This document shows, piece after piece, positions 40,734 through 54,817 of a stretch of DNA of 64,000 bases. Made by a program: the position numbers and the translations under genes. The stretch is taken from the NCBI GenBank assembly GCA_951406725.2, contig OX597832.1:42470001-42534000 (forward strand), read 5' to 3'. Position 1 is the first letter of the stretch. Each line of letters opens with the position of its first letter. The notes under the pieces are model-generated. The model was not told the DNA's origin and made no database searches. It saw only the letters and a program-made list of their open reading frames with translations. This DNA is from Octopus vulgaris (taxonomy: Eukaryota).

Positions 40734-41088
40734 AAATAGTACCTTTGAATAATGCAATTATGAATTCGTCAAAAATGATATTAGATTTTAGCCATTGTCA
40801 GGTCCACCTGTTTTTAAAAGCTTCCATACGTGTAAGTAATATTGCCTTCCAAGGAAATTATACAGCTCGATTGTCAGAACCACACATATGTCAACGGAGC
40901 TGATGAAACCGCAGTGTCGTATTTAAGTCACTTGATATGTCTCTAGGTTAGAAAATCTATTTAATTTCTGACGAAATTCACAAATATGACAGCCATCAGA
41001 AGCACGTAGGCGGGTAACGATGACCGAAACGTTATGACAAATAATAATTGAAGATGAAGATATTTCTACATATTTTATCGGTGTAAAG

Positions 41089-41308
41089 CAGTGGTTTTCA
41101 ACCAGGGTTCCGCGGAACCTTAGAGTTCCGCCAGTATAGTCGAGGGGTTCCGCAAGAAGTTACAAAACTGCTAAAATCGACAGTAATTTTTAAGTCTCCT
41201 GTGCAGATATGTGTGCATAAGACAATTAAATTATTGCACAGGGGTTCCCCGAGCCAGTGGAATGTTTCCTTGGGGGTTCCGCTCCAGCAAAAAGTTTGAA
41301 AAGCACTG
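41089..41308. mobile_element. hAT-superfamily MITE (220 bp)
   Basis: TIRs CAGTGGTTTTCAACC / GTTTGAAAAGCACTG; perfect 8-bp TSD GTGTAAAG at 41081-41088 and 41309-41316; repeated GGGTTCC subterminal motifs. Confidence 0.92.
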
Positions 41309-41444
41309 GTGTAAAGTAAGAATTGCTGATGTCCTCTAGCGGGCAGTTTTCATCACAAGGGAGATAATCATTTCTTCTTAATGGTAGTTTGAAATTTGAA
41401 CTTAAGGAATGGCGAAGCCAATGCATAAAGTGCACGTGTTTTAT

Positions 41445-41665
41445 TTTCTCTTTTACTTTTTACTCGTTTCAAACATTAGTCTGCGGCCATGCTGGGGTAC
41501 CACTTAGAAGAGCTTTTAGTCGAATGGATAGACCCCAGTACTTACTCTTTAAAGGCCTGGTACTTGTTCTATTGGTCGCTTTTGATTAACCGCTACCTTA
41601 CGGGGATGTAAACACCAGCAACAGTTCTCAAGAGGTGGTGGTGGTGGTGGGGTCAAACACAGATA
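41445..41665 (-). mobile_element. Diverged SINE B 3' half
   Basis: CTTTTACT..CTGCGGCCATGCTGG..GACCCCAG..TACGGGGATGTAAACACCAGCA. Confidence 0.75.
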
Positions 41666-41679
41666 AAGATACAGGTACA

Positions 41680-42098
41680 GGCGTAGGAGTGGCTGTGTGG
41701 TAAGTAGGTTGCTCACGAATCACATCGTTCCGGGTTCAGTTCCACTGCGTGGCACCTTAGGCAAGTGTCTTCTACTATAGCCTCGGGCCGACCAAAACCT
41801 TGTGAGTGGATTTGGTAGACGGAAACTGAAAGAAGCCCGTCGTATATATGTATATATATATATATGTGTATGTGTATATGTTTGTGTGTCTGTGTTTGTC
41901 CCCCCCCCCCCAACATCGCTTGACAACTGATGCTGGTGTGTTTACGTCCCCATAACTTAGCGGTTCGGCAAAAGAGACCGATAGAATAAGTACTAGGCTT
42001 ACGAAGAATAAGTCCTGGAGTCGATTTCCTCGACTAAAAGGTGGTGCTCCAGCATGGCCACAGTCACATGACTGAAACAAGTAAAAGAGTAAAAAGAG
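41680..42098 (+). mobile_element. Full-length SINE family B
   Basis: tRNA-like head, CORE-like CACCTTAGGCAAGTGTCTT, internal (TA/TG)n, tail ending in (GTAAAAGA)n. Confidence 0.93.
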
Positions 42099-42245
42099 AG
42101 AGTATACACAGACAGACAGACACACACGCACACGCACACACACATACACGCACGCACACACACATATAACATTCTTTTATTCTTTTATACCTTTCAGCCC
42201 TAAGACTGTGGCCATGCTAGAGTATCGGCAGTGATATGTGCGTGT

Positions 42246-42299
<54 letters not shown>

Positions 42300-42300
<1 letters not shown>

Positions 42301-42502
42301 ACTGTGTCTGTGTTTGACCGCTCATCACCCACCGCTTGGCAACCTGCGTTGGTATGTTTACGTCTCCGTAACTTAACGGTTCGGCAAAAGAGTCCAATAG
42401 AATAAATACTAGGGCTTTAATGAATAATAAGCTCTGGGGACGATTCGTTCGAGGCGGTGCTGCAGCATGGCCGCAATCAAATGACTGAGACAAATGAAAG
42501 AG
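42300..42502 (+). mobile_element. SINE B 3' half
   Basis: CGGTTCGGCAAAAGAG...GCAGCATGGCCGCAATCAAATGACTGA. Confidence 0.82.
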
Positions 42503-42889
42503 ACTGCCTATACCCCTTGTATTCCCTAAGTACCCTACATCGCTACATTGCTACTCTGTCATCCATTCCAACAATATATCCCTAAAAAGTATTTCTCACA
42601 GAAAAAACAAATATCTTTTTTTTTCAAAATTTCTTTGAAGCTGAAATATGTTACTCTTTAAATAAAATAAAAAAAAAAAACCTATCAACTATTGATAGGG
42701 TTCATTCCTTCCCCTAGGGTCCGGTCCTCCCTGCTCCCTAAATCATCTCAGATGTTATTACAACTATTGAGGATCAGGAAATCTGACAATGGTTTTTTTG
42801 TTTGGGTTTTTCTCAGGCATATTTCGTGTTGTTATAAGCAAGTGGAGAGGCAAGAAATAAGAGAAAAGCAGGTTAGTGGGAACAGAATG

Positions 42890-42927
<38 letters not shown>

Positions 42928-43058
42928 ACACACACGCACACACACATACACACACACAGACACTTGTAATCAGACACTCTCACAAACATACAATCATAGC
43001 CACCCACAGACACGCGCACATTAAACAATATATACAGACATCCTGTTTGGATGTCAAG

Positions 43059-43161
<103 letters not shown>

Positions 43162-43162
43162 A

Positions 43163-43369
43163 ATGTGACCGCGCGTGTACCGTTGGCGATTTTCCCCCCT
43201 CTGTCTTCCCTTCTCTGGATCATTCCTTCTCCTATGTTTCCGACGATGAGCTCCGCTCGAAACGTTAAACCCTCCTTCTTTCCTGCTTTCCTGAGCGTCC
43301 AATAATACTATATTTGTTCCACGTCCTCGCGTTGTTGTGTTTTTTAGTGCTTTCATGTTTGGATTAACT

Positions 43370-43370
<1 letters not shown>
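43163..43370 (+). mobile_element. Penelope-like repeat fragment with degenerate hammerhead motif (43236-43270)
   Basis: GUUU-CCGACGA-UGAGC(ucc)GCUC-GAAA-CG-UU-AAAC; downstream TTCCTGAGCG shared with the 60760-60925 family; flanked by (TCTA)n. Confidence 0.55.
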
Positions 43371-43456
<86 letters not shown>

Positions 43457-43599
43457 CCTATCTATCTACCTACCTACATATCTATCTCTCCACGCACACT
43501 AGCACAAACCGTACCATACTCGCACAAATGCACTACACCGTACCTTGAACATATCCATACACACTCTACCGCCTGTTGTAAATCTAAATAAAACTAAGT

Positions 43600-43850
43600 A
43601 CAGCTGGATGGTTAAGAAGTTCGCATGGCAATCACAAGGTTCAGGGTTCGACATCAATGTGTGACATCCTGTATCTTTTACCACAGAATTTGGTTCGACC
43701 AATTCCTTATGAGTGAAATTCTGTTGACGGAAACTAGAAATCTGTCAGATGAATTGTACGTACAGTTCAAAAGTCCAGCCTTATGTTGCGCTCATTAGGT
43801 ATGAGGATTACGAATAAGGGTACACTTGTCTGTGGAATATTCGGCCATTA
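43600..43850 (+). mobile_element. Old SINE with B-like head and T2-like tail
   Basis: GACCAATTCCTTATGAGTG..GACGGAAACT (B-like), then TTCAAAAGTCCAGCCTT..TAAGGGTACACTTGTCTGTGGA (T2-like). Confidence 0.55.
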
Positions 43851-43986
43851 ACAGAGTGATTTCAAAGGTGGATAGTACATTCGATCGAACAACATGAACG
43901 CGCATTGTTGAAAGAAGCAGCAAGAAATCGAACACCAATAAGTTATGATTGTACTTTGATAAGAGCTGACACCCGAGGCCACATCT

Positions 43987-44008
43987 CTACTACTTCTGCT
44001 GCTGCTTA

Positions 44009-44080
<72 letters not shown>

Positions 44081-44141
44081 CACCACCACCACCACCACTA
44101 CCACTACCACTACTACTGCTACCACCACCACAATCACTACA

Positions 44142-44186
<45 letters not shown>

Positions 44187-44417
44187 GCTACTACAATACA
44201 ACCACCACCACCACCACCACCGCCATCACTATTATTACTATTACAACCACCACTACCACCACCGCCATCACTATTATTACTATTACAACCACCACCACCA
44301 CCACCACCACCACCACCACCACTACAAGTGCTACCATTACCAGCAGCACCTCCTCCACCACTATTACTAGTATTACTATTATCACCACAACCATCATGAC
44401 TACAATTGCAACACCAC

Positions 44418-44493
<76 letters not shown>

Positions 44494-44495
44494 AC
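43987..44495. repeat. (CTA)/(CCA)n triplet complex
   Basis: Directly visible. Confidence 0.92.
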
Positions 44496-45500
44496 TGTAT
44501 ATCACCGTATGTATACAGTACTCCGTAGGTATTGATTTCCTTCTTTGGTTTGGGGGAGGTTATTGTCGATAATATCGATCGGAGTGCTTGATTGGTTTGC
44601 TGGAAGAACGAAAGGACGGCAAAGTTGACTGCGGCAGGATTCGAACCTAGAATGCAAAGGGCCGTAACTAAATACCGCAGGGCAATTATTTCGCCGACAT
44701 TCTAAGGAACGGTTCTATTTACTCCGTAGATATGCAACATACTGCCACACCCTTATTTAATTCCACCAAATATATCAGACTACCCCGGAGATCCGTGATG
44801 TTATACACACACACATACACAAACATACACAAACATACATATACAAACATATATACACACATACGCACACATACATACAAATACATACGTACAAGCATAC
44901 ACACACATATAAACATACAAACATACACACATACAAACATATACATAGACACACACATAGAAACATACAAACACACACAGATACTCACACGCACATACAT
45001 ACAGGTTTACATGTATACATACACACATGCATACATATACGCACTCACGCACAGTCACATACATTAGACACTAAATTACGCACAAACACAGACACATACA
45101 TACATACATACACACACATGCATACATACATACATACACAAACATACAGACACTAAACGCTATTTCATACTCAATATCTCAGATGAACTCACACACACAC
45201 ACGCACACATTCTAGTCATCAATATACGTACACATAACACCACGCACATACAAACACCGTTTGATACACACACACACACAAGCACACACACACATATAAA
45301 CACATATACATACATACATTCATGTGAGCATATTATACATACATTTTACCACACGCACGCACGCATGCACACACACACACATATACACACACACGCTCGT
45401 ATACACACAGTCACAATACACTACATCAACATACAAGCCTGACTACATTAGATATACATCAGATACCAGACCTACCACATCACTGTCTCTCTCCTTCTCA

Positions 45501-45536
<36 letters not shown>

Positions 45537-46294
45537 GACACTGAGTCACATACATACATACAAATACATACATACAGATACACACACAGACCAATATTCA
45601 CACACGTCACTAACATTCCCAATAATACATAACAAGTACTCACACACGTTTCCACAACACTTTAAGTACGCAACGTCGGACCCCACATACACACTTGAAC
45701 AGACACGCGCACACACATACACACTCCCTCTCTACCCCTCTCTCTCACATTATCTCTCTCTCTCTCACACACACACACACTGATATCACTTATATCCATC
45801 CCACAATTAGACAGACCCGTGCACGTACCCTTTCGCAGAGCCAATCACACACTCAAACACAATAATATACAATCATCACAAACGCATAAGTAGACTCTCT
45901 CTCTCTCTCACACGCACACACACGCAGACATACACACACACACACACACACACAGACACACACAGACACACACACACACACACATACACACACAGACGCA
46001 CAGACACATACCACACGCCCAAACGGAAAGATCTACAATCGTCACAAACGCATAAGTACGGACACACGAGCGCACGCACAGACAGACAGACACACACGCA
46101 CAGACAGACAGACAGACAGACACACACACACACACACACACGCACGCACAGAGAAACGTACACACGTACATACTCATCCATCGACGGACCCAGTCACAGA
46201 CACACCCACTCCCCATACACATTACAGACCCATGTACCCACCCCTCTGCCAGCCACACACAGCCATCTCATACACACAACAAGCACATCCCTAG

Positions 46295-46326
<32 letters not shown>

Positions 46327-46994
46327 ACGCACGCATTTACAGACAGATCGGCAGACATCGACGCGTATCAGATATCATAGACACATCCTTAGCGAAACAC
46401 ACAGACTTACACACACACACACACACTTACACACACTTACACACACACACACACACACACACACGCATACACACACACACTCGCGTGCGCACGCGCGCGT
46501 ATATCAACACCCAGTCAGAGTAACACCCGTCTTCTCCCTCCTCACCACAAACAGTAGGCCCTCACGTAGCCCCTAAGTGAACTAATAAGGTCAAGTGAGC
46601 CCTAAAGAATGTCAACAATGTTGTATGTGTTATTTTTTCCCCTTCCTTCTCTCCCTGCCCCTAATTTACGGACTGTTTCGAGTCGTTTTAGCTGTTATCA
46701 ACAATTTCTTGCTGTCTCTATAACGCCCAACTCAGACCCTCATAGAGTAGCCTGATTATGATCAAAGAGACATTCCAGTCGTGACCATCCAATTTTATTT
46801 TAGGAAGGACAATACTTCTGTCTGCACCATGCAGAGTAAAAGTTACTCCAGAGATCTATCCGAGGAACCTCACCTCTCACAATTTCGGCTGCATGTATTC
46901 GCAAACGCCTTCTTTCGGCCATTACCCAAAATCCATGACCAAATATAGGATGACTTATCTATATAACAATGTGATAAAAATATGTGATAAGAAA

Positions 46995-47628
46995 AGCGAC
47001 CAGCTGGCAGAAACGTTAGCACGCCGGGCGAAATGCTTAGCGGTATTTCGTCTGCCGTTACGTTCTGAGTTCAAATTCCGCCGAGGTCGTCTTTGCCTTT
47101 CATCCTTTCGGGATCGATTAAATAAGTACCAGTTACGCACTGGGGTCGATGTAATCGACTTAATACCTATGTCTGTCCATATTTGTCCTCTCTATGTTTA
47201 GCACCTTGTGGGCAATAAAGAAATAAAAAACGTTAGCACGCCGGATGAAATGCGTGACCGTATTTCGTCTGCCGCTACGTTCTGAGTTCAAATTCCACCG
47301 ATGTCGACTTTACCTTTCATCCTTTCGGGATCAACAAATTAAGTACCAGTTACGCACTGGGGTCGATGTAATCGACTTAATCCCTTTGTCTGTCCTTGTT
47401 TGTCACCTCCGTGTTTAGCCCCTTGTGGGTAGTAAAGAAATAGGTATTTCGTCTGCCGTTACGTTCTGAGTTCAAATTCCACCGAGGTCGACTTTACCTT
47501 TCATCCTTTCGGGATCAACAAACTAAGTACCAGTTACGCACTGGGGTCGATGTAATCGACTTAATCCCTTTGTCTGTCCTTCTTTGTCCTCTCTATGTTT
47601 AGCCCCTTTTGGGCAATAAAGAAATAAG
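46995..47628 (+). mobile_element. SINE C tandem trimer
   Basis: Three successive units starting near 46995, 47229 and 47444; the third restarts at GTATTTCGTCTG. Confidence 0.92.
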
Positions 47629-47945
47629 AATATGTTTGTAACACAGAGAGGACTGTCCTAATAACATGGTGCCCACATTGATTGGCTTCGTAATGGCATA
47701 GTCAGTAGCTTTATGGTAAGACAATGTGCTGCAGTAGCATGTAATATAAATCTTAATGGCATAATGTTACGATGGTAGGTAGTCATAAAGATAGGATGGT
47801 ATGTTTCCGGAACGGTTCGAAAGATGACGCTCAGAGTAGATTTGTTTTTAGCGGTTTCAGAATGATACAGACATTACTAGGAGTGAATGTGTATATGTAT
47901 ATATACGCATGCATAACTACACTCACACACACACACGTATGTATG

Positions 47946-47977
<32 letters not shown>

Positions 47978-48035
47978 TGTATGTATGTATGTATGTATGT
48001 ATGTATGTATGTATGTATGTGTATGTATGTGTGTA

Positions 48036-48068
<33 letters not shown>

Positions 48069-48450
48069 ATGTATGTATGTACATACGTACGTATGTATGT
48101 ATGTATGTATGTATGTATGTATGTACGTATGTATGTATGTATGTATATGTGTGTGTGTATGTATGTATGTATGTATGTATGTACGTATGTATGTATGTGT
48201 GTATGTATGTGTGTGTGTATGTATGTATGTATGTATGTATGTATGTATGTACGTGTGTATGTATATGTGAATGTATGTATGAATGTATGTATGAATGTAT
48301 GTATGTATGTATGTGTGAATGTATATATGTGTGAGTGTATGTTTGTGTGCATGTATGTTTACAATGTGTATGTTTACAGACGCAATGTATATGTATAATT
48401 TATGTAGTGTATGAATACTATATAGGCGCATTATATATACATACACACAG

Positions 48451-48501
<51 letters not shown>

Positions 48502-48534
48502 ATATATGTACAAAAACACTTGTTTCTGTGTATG

Positions 48535-48574
<40 letters not shown>

Positions 48575-48592
48575 AACACACTTGTTTCTGTG

Positions 48593-48640
<48 letters not shown>

Positions 48641-48852
48641 CACACACATATACTTATTTGTGTGTATGTATGTGTATATATATGTATATATGAATTTATA
48701 TATGCGTGTGTGTATGTGTGTGTGTATGTATGTAACAATGTGCTTTTGGTCGGATGTTTATAGGCGCAGCGTGTTTGTATATGTAATATATGCATTGTGT
48801 GTCTTTGTGCGTGTACATGTGTATATGCATATGTATATATATATGTCTATAT

Positions 48853-48904
<52 letters not shown>

Positions 48905-48952
48905 ACATAGATGCACATATGTATACATATATACTTACATATATATCTGTCC

Positions 48953-49002
<50 letters not shown>

Positions 49003-49604
49003 TCATGTGTATGTACACATGTGTGTTTATGGATGCGTATGTGTTGCATGTGCACAAATCTGTGGGTGGGGCGAGATGAACTGTTGGTTTTATCATTAAG
49101 TCTAAGAGGGTCGTAGAAGATCGTGTTTAACTTCGACGCCATATTTCATTAGAGTTCTGATTTCTTTTTATGTCAACCACCCTCGGTATTTTAACCCGAT
49201 TCTATCCGATCCACCATCATATATATCAATCATCTGGGTAGGGGTATAACGGTGGTGGTAGTGGTGGTGGTGGTGGTGATGGCTCTGTGTAAGGTGTCCT
49301 CTTTTAGGGGCCCAGTTTCCCTTTTGACGATGTTAGCATTATTAAGGTCAAACGTAATTAGAGACATCATTCTCGCATCCACACACTCGCACGCGCACAC
49401 GCACACACGCGCGCACACACACCCGCACACAAATTATACATATAAGCATGCACATACGAATATCCACACACGCACACTCACTCACATATACACACATGCA
49501 AGCATATATGCGAACATTCAGAAGAAAGCACGCATAAACAAATGCACACACAAACACACACACTCACATACACACACACACACACACACAGACACACACT
49601 CGCA

Positions 49605-49638
<34 letters not shown>

Positions 49639-49807
49639 AGCTATTCAAGTGCACAAACGTGTGTGAAGTATGCCCGAAAACGTGTGTGCGTTTGTGTGTG
49701 TGTGTGTGTATGTGTGTGAGTGTGTGTGTGTGTGTGTATTTGTATAAATGAATATATGTACACACATGAATGTACATATACATATACACATGCATATGTA
49801 AATTTAT

Positions 49808-50132
49808 CGTTTACTTGTTTCAGTTATTAGACTGCGGCCATGCTGGAGTACTGCTTTGAAGACTCTTGTACTTATTTTCATTTAAATCCTGGTACTTATC
49901 CAACCGGTCTCTTTTGTCGACCCGCTGTGTTACGGAGACGTAAGCACACTAAGCGATTGTCAAGCGGTGGTAAAGGACAAATACGCACGCACGCACGCAC
50001 GCACATGATGGGCTTCTTTCAGTTTCAGCCTACCAAATCCACTCACAAGGCTTTGGTCGGCTCGAGGCAATAGTAGAAGACACTTGCCCAAGGTGGCGCA
50101 GAGAGGGACTGAACCCAGAACCATGTGTTTGG
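49808..50132 (-). mobile_element. SINE B (diverged, head truncated)
   Basis: Both halves recognisable; internal repeat here is (GCAC)n. Confidence 0.82.
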
Positions 50133-50330
50133 GAACACCTCCGAGACATCCGCCTCGGCAATGACACCCCGGTCTCACGCCATTTCCGTTCCACCGGTCA
50201 CTCCTTGCAACACCTGTCTGTGTTCAGATTGTCCTTGCACAGAGGCCATCCGGACTCCCGTTTGCGCCGTGAACAGGGATTAATCTTCTCTCTTCGCTCT
50301 TTTACGCCATTTGGGCTTAATTCTCCTCCC
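50133..50330 (+). pseudogene. Penelope-like element GIY-YIG endonuclease C-terminal fragment
   Basis: EHLRDIRLGNDTPVSRHFRSTGHSLQHLSVFRLSLHRGHPDSRLRREQGLIFSLRSFTPFGLN matches the PLE pattern EH..PV..HF...H...R...E...I..L....P.GLN. Confidence 0.85.
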
Positions 50331-50754
50331 CTCTTCTTCTAACCTCCTCCCCAACTCCTACTTCTCTTCACTCCTACATCTTTTCACCCCTACTCTCTTT
50401 CCCTCATTTCTCTTACTCTCTTTCTTTCATTTTACTTCGAATTCCATGACCAGAAGCACTCCTCAACAAGGATGGTTGCTGTTAGGATTTATGATACGCA
50501 CGGATGAACTAAATGAAATTTAAAGCCATGTTACATGCTTTTAGTCGGCTTATGTGAAGTTGATTAACATCCGCAGAGGCGACATACTATATCTGTTGAA
50601 TTAATTAATCTCTTTGGCGTTCTTTATAATAAAATTAGAGTTAATATTTTCAAGACGGTGTTTAGACATTAATTCAGATTTCCTGATTTGAATGTCTATT
50701 ATGTTAGATACATGGAATTTTCTCTTGGTACATGAAATTGCAGAAGCCTGTTTA

Positions 50755-50984
50755 AATAATAAATGCGCCCTTTTAAAGCCTAGCCAGGCTCATGGGCCCA
50801 GTTTCCCAGTTACAATGTTGTATGTGTTCCCCATCTGGATGGGACGCCAGCTGGGTGGACTGGAGCAACGTGAAATGAAGTGTTTTGCTCAAGAACACAA
50901 CGCGTCGCCCGGTCCAGGAATCGAAACCACAATCTTACGATCATAATGCTGACACCCTAACCCCTAAGTCACGCTCCTCCACAC
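50755..50984 (-). mobile_element. CORE-like SINE with tail T3
   Basis: 14-bp TSD CAGAAGCCTGTTTA at 50741-50754 and 50985-50998; tail homologous to 63197-63340. Confidence 0.9.
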
Positions 50985-51364
50985 CAGAAGCCTGTTTACA
51001 TTACTGTATTTGCTATAGGTTTTTAAAATGGGAATGATTGTCCCTTAGTTGCCAAAGGCAGCTCAATAGAGCAGTGAGGTTTCTCCTACGAAGTTAAATG
51101 GGGGATTTGTGATTCGTGTAATGACTCTTAAAGGGTCCTTTATATACATCTATGTATTAGTCTAGGGGTTCAAATCTTGATGAGGAGATATCGTACGATA
51201 TATCACGTACCTTACCTAATCAGACCATTCAAATTTTCTATTCATATTCCTCGACATATCGTCCATTCAAATACATTTAGTAATCGACCAAACACATTCC
51301 TTGATATATCAACAAATCAAATTCGCTTACATAGAGTGTCAATTGAAAAATATTTGATATCTCT

Positions 51365-51616
51365 CTTTCACTCTTTTACTTGTTTCGGTCATTTTGACTG
51401 CGGCCATGCTGGAGCACCGCCTTTTTAATCGAGCAACTCGACCCCGGGACTTATTCTTTTGTAAGCCTAGTACTTATTCTATCGGTCTCTTTTGCCGAAC
51501 CGCTAAGTAACGGGGACATAAACACACCAGCATCGGTTGTCAAGCAATGCTTGGGGGGACAAACACAGACACACACACACACACACACACAAAATATATA
51601 TATATATATATATATA

Positions 51617-51698
<82 letters not shown>

Positions 51699-51863
51699 CA
51701 TATATACGACGGGCTTCTTTCAGTTTCCGTCTGCCAAATCCACTCACAAGGCTTTGGTCGGCCCGAGGCTATAGTAGAAGACACTTGTCCAAGGTGCCAC
51801 GCAGTGGGACTGAACCCGGAACCATGTGGTTGGTAAACAAGCTACTTACCACACAGCCACTCC
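51365..51863 (-). mobile_element. Full-length SINE B with expanded internal (TA)n
   Basis: Reverse complement of 41680-42098. Confidence 0.93.
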
Positions 51864-52059
51864 TTATTTTTTCGGTGAAGCAGTTATAACTGTTCTAGAT
51901 TATTGCAATTTTAGCATACCATTAATATATATCTTACAAGGTAGCCTGCCAACTTTTGTTATCCAAGCCTGAAGAAGACGGCTGTAACAGAACCTTGAAC
52001 ACGCTTCACTAAACACTGTTTGTGACAGATGGCAGAAAGTGAAGAGTGCAGTCAGAAAG

Positions 52060-52155
52060 CGAAGACAATTTGGAAATTCGCTATTCAATAAAATTTTGGT
52101 AAACCGGGCAAAAATACTATAAAAACTTATGAAATGCTCCAGACAGCTTATAGTT
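52060..52155 (+). pseudogene. Mariner transposase N-terminal fragment
   Basis: LEIRYSIKF..GKNTIKTYEMLQTAY (frameshifted) resembles the mariner R..IKF..KLGK.A.ET.EML..AY motif. Confidence 0.65.
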
Positions 52156-52269
52156 TAACCAGCAGTGTTTCATATTATATAGAAAAAAACATATTTTGAG
52201 TGAAATAATCATTTATTTGTTATTTTCACTTGCGTGATCATTTTATTTAATAACTAGCACTATGACCCG

Positions 52270-52655
52270 GTGGAGGCGCAATGGCCCAGTGGTTAGGGCA
52301 GCGGACTCGCGATCATAGGATCACGGTTTCGATTCCCAGACCGGGCGTTGTGAGTGTTTATTGAGCGAAAACACCTAAAAGCTCCACGAGGCTCCGGCAG
52401 GGGATGGTGGTGATCCCTGCTGTACTCTTTCACCACAACTTTCTCTCACTCTTACTTCCTGTTTCTGCTGTACCTGTATTTCAAAGGGGCCGGCCTTGTC
52501 ACACTTTGTGTCATGCTGAATATCCCCGAGAACTACGTTAAGGGCACACGTGTCTGTGGAGTGCTCAGCCACTTACACGTTAATTTCACGAGCAGGCTGT
52601 TCCGTTGATTCGGTTCAACCGGAACCCTCGTCGCCGTAACCGACGGAGTGCTTCC
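52270..52655 (+). mobile_element. Full-length SINE head A, tail T2
   Basis: Near-identical to 23152-23538; ends in (CTTC)n. Confidence 0.93.
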
Positions 52656-53305
52656 TTCCTTCCTTCCTTCCTACTGGCGTCAACTTGCTCAACTAAACCC
52701 TTCAAGGGCGGTGCCCCAACATGGCCGCAGTTCAACGACATAAACAACGGAAAGATAAAAGAAAGAGGGCTTCTTTTTGTTCCTGTCCCTTAACTACAAT
52801 ATCATATTCGTCCTGTTTTAATTCCGTCGCTGTTTTTACCCTTAAGTTCCACCAAAATCCTTTCATCTCTCCGTCTGAATGGATTCATTTTATATCGGCT
52901 GCAGTTCTTTTTTTGTTTCATTCGCACACAATTAGAGATTGTTCTCGCTCCCACAATCATACAGCATATCTTGCATGTATGTATGTATGTATGTATGTAT
53001 GTATGTATGTATGTATGTATGTATGTATGTATGTATGTGTGTATGTATGCATGTGTGTGTGTCTGCGGCTGTCTGTCTATCTATGTGTATGTATTTGCAT
53101 ATGTATTCATGCCTGTATGTATGTATGTATGTGTGTGTATGTATGTATGTATGTATGTATGTATGTATGTGTGTGTGTGTATGTATGTATGTATGTATGT
53201 ATTATGTATGTATGTATGTATGTATGTATGTATGTATGTATGTGTGTGTGTGTATGTATGTATGTATGTATGTATTATGTATGTATGTATGTATGCATGT
53301 ATGTA

Positions 53306-53338
<33 letters not shown>

Positions 53339-53375
53339 ATGTATGTATGTATGTATGTATGTATGTATGTATGTA

Positions 53376-53406
<31 letters not shown>

Positions 53407-53454
53407 ATGTATTATGTATGTATGTATGTATGCATGTATGTATGTATGTATGTA

Positions 53455-53485
<31 letters not shown>

Positions 53486-53561
53486 ATGTATGTATTATGT
53501 ATGTATGCATGTATGTATGTATGTATGTATGTATGTATGTATGTATGTATGTATGTATGTA

Positions 53562-53594
<33 letters not shown>

Positions 53595-53987
53595 TATGTA
53601 TGTATGCATGTATGCATGCATGTATGTATGTATGTATGTGTGTGTGTATTTCTCTACGTATGCATGCCTGCATGTGTGGATGTATGGATGTAGTCATGCA
53701 GGCATGTCTGTCTGTCTGTGTGTCTGCCTGTCTGTATGTATGTATGTATGGTTGTATGTATGCATGCATGTGTGTATTTGTCTATGTATGCATGTTGATA
53801 TGTGCGTTTGTATGTATATGTTTCTATATGTATGTATGTATGCATGTCTTTTAATCGTGTATATTTAAGTCTTTTTTTCCTTTCCAAGTTTGAAGTCGGT
53901 CACTAATAAATTGGCAAGTTTCCCTTAAAGTCAACATTCCTTGGGATGTGTTTGTGTGTGTGTGAGTGTGTGTGTGTGTGTGTGTGT

Positions 53988-54338
<351 letters not shown>

Positions 54339-54584
54339 TATATATTTAAGTATACTACGCACAGACACACGCGCACACATTATGCATGTATATATGTATG
54401 TATATTTATATGTCAACAGAAAAAAAAAATCATATTTGAAAAATACACCCGTGCAATTCCCCCGCGAGGGATTCCTATTAAAATATATAACGAAAATCCA
54501 GTATGTATATTTTTCTACAGTAACGGGTAGAAATAACGAACTACAGTGACAGCATCAGCAGGAGCAGTAGCAACAACAGCAACG

Positions 54585-54720
54585 GTGGAGGCGCAATGGT
54601 CCAGTGGTTAGGGCAGCTGACTCGCGGTCGTAAGAACTCGGTTTCGATTCCCAGACCGGGCATTGTGATTGTTTATTGAGCAAAAACGCCTAAGCTCCAC
54701 GAGGCTCCGGCAGGGGTGGG
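54585..54720 (+). mobile_element. SINE head A, 3'-truncated
   Basis: Matches head A up to GGCTCCGGCAGGGG. Confidence 0.88.
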
Positions 54721-54758
54721 TGTCACTTTGATGGCATGCACTGCTCTCTCACTCACTC

Positions 54759-54817
<59 letters not shown>

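Noticed and set aside
40889-41039. Hammerhead with long stem II (CUGAUGA at 40900, GAAACGUU at 41026)
   Set aside because: Stem I is not contiguous with the core and no convincing stem II is present.
52250-52270. Helitron 3' end (minus; CCGGGTC..GCTAGT)
   Set aside because: Only about 18 bp are visible before a SINE; no hairpin partner found.
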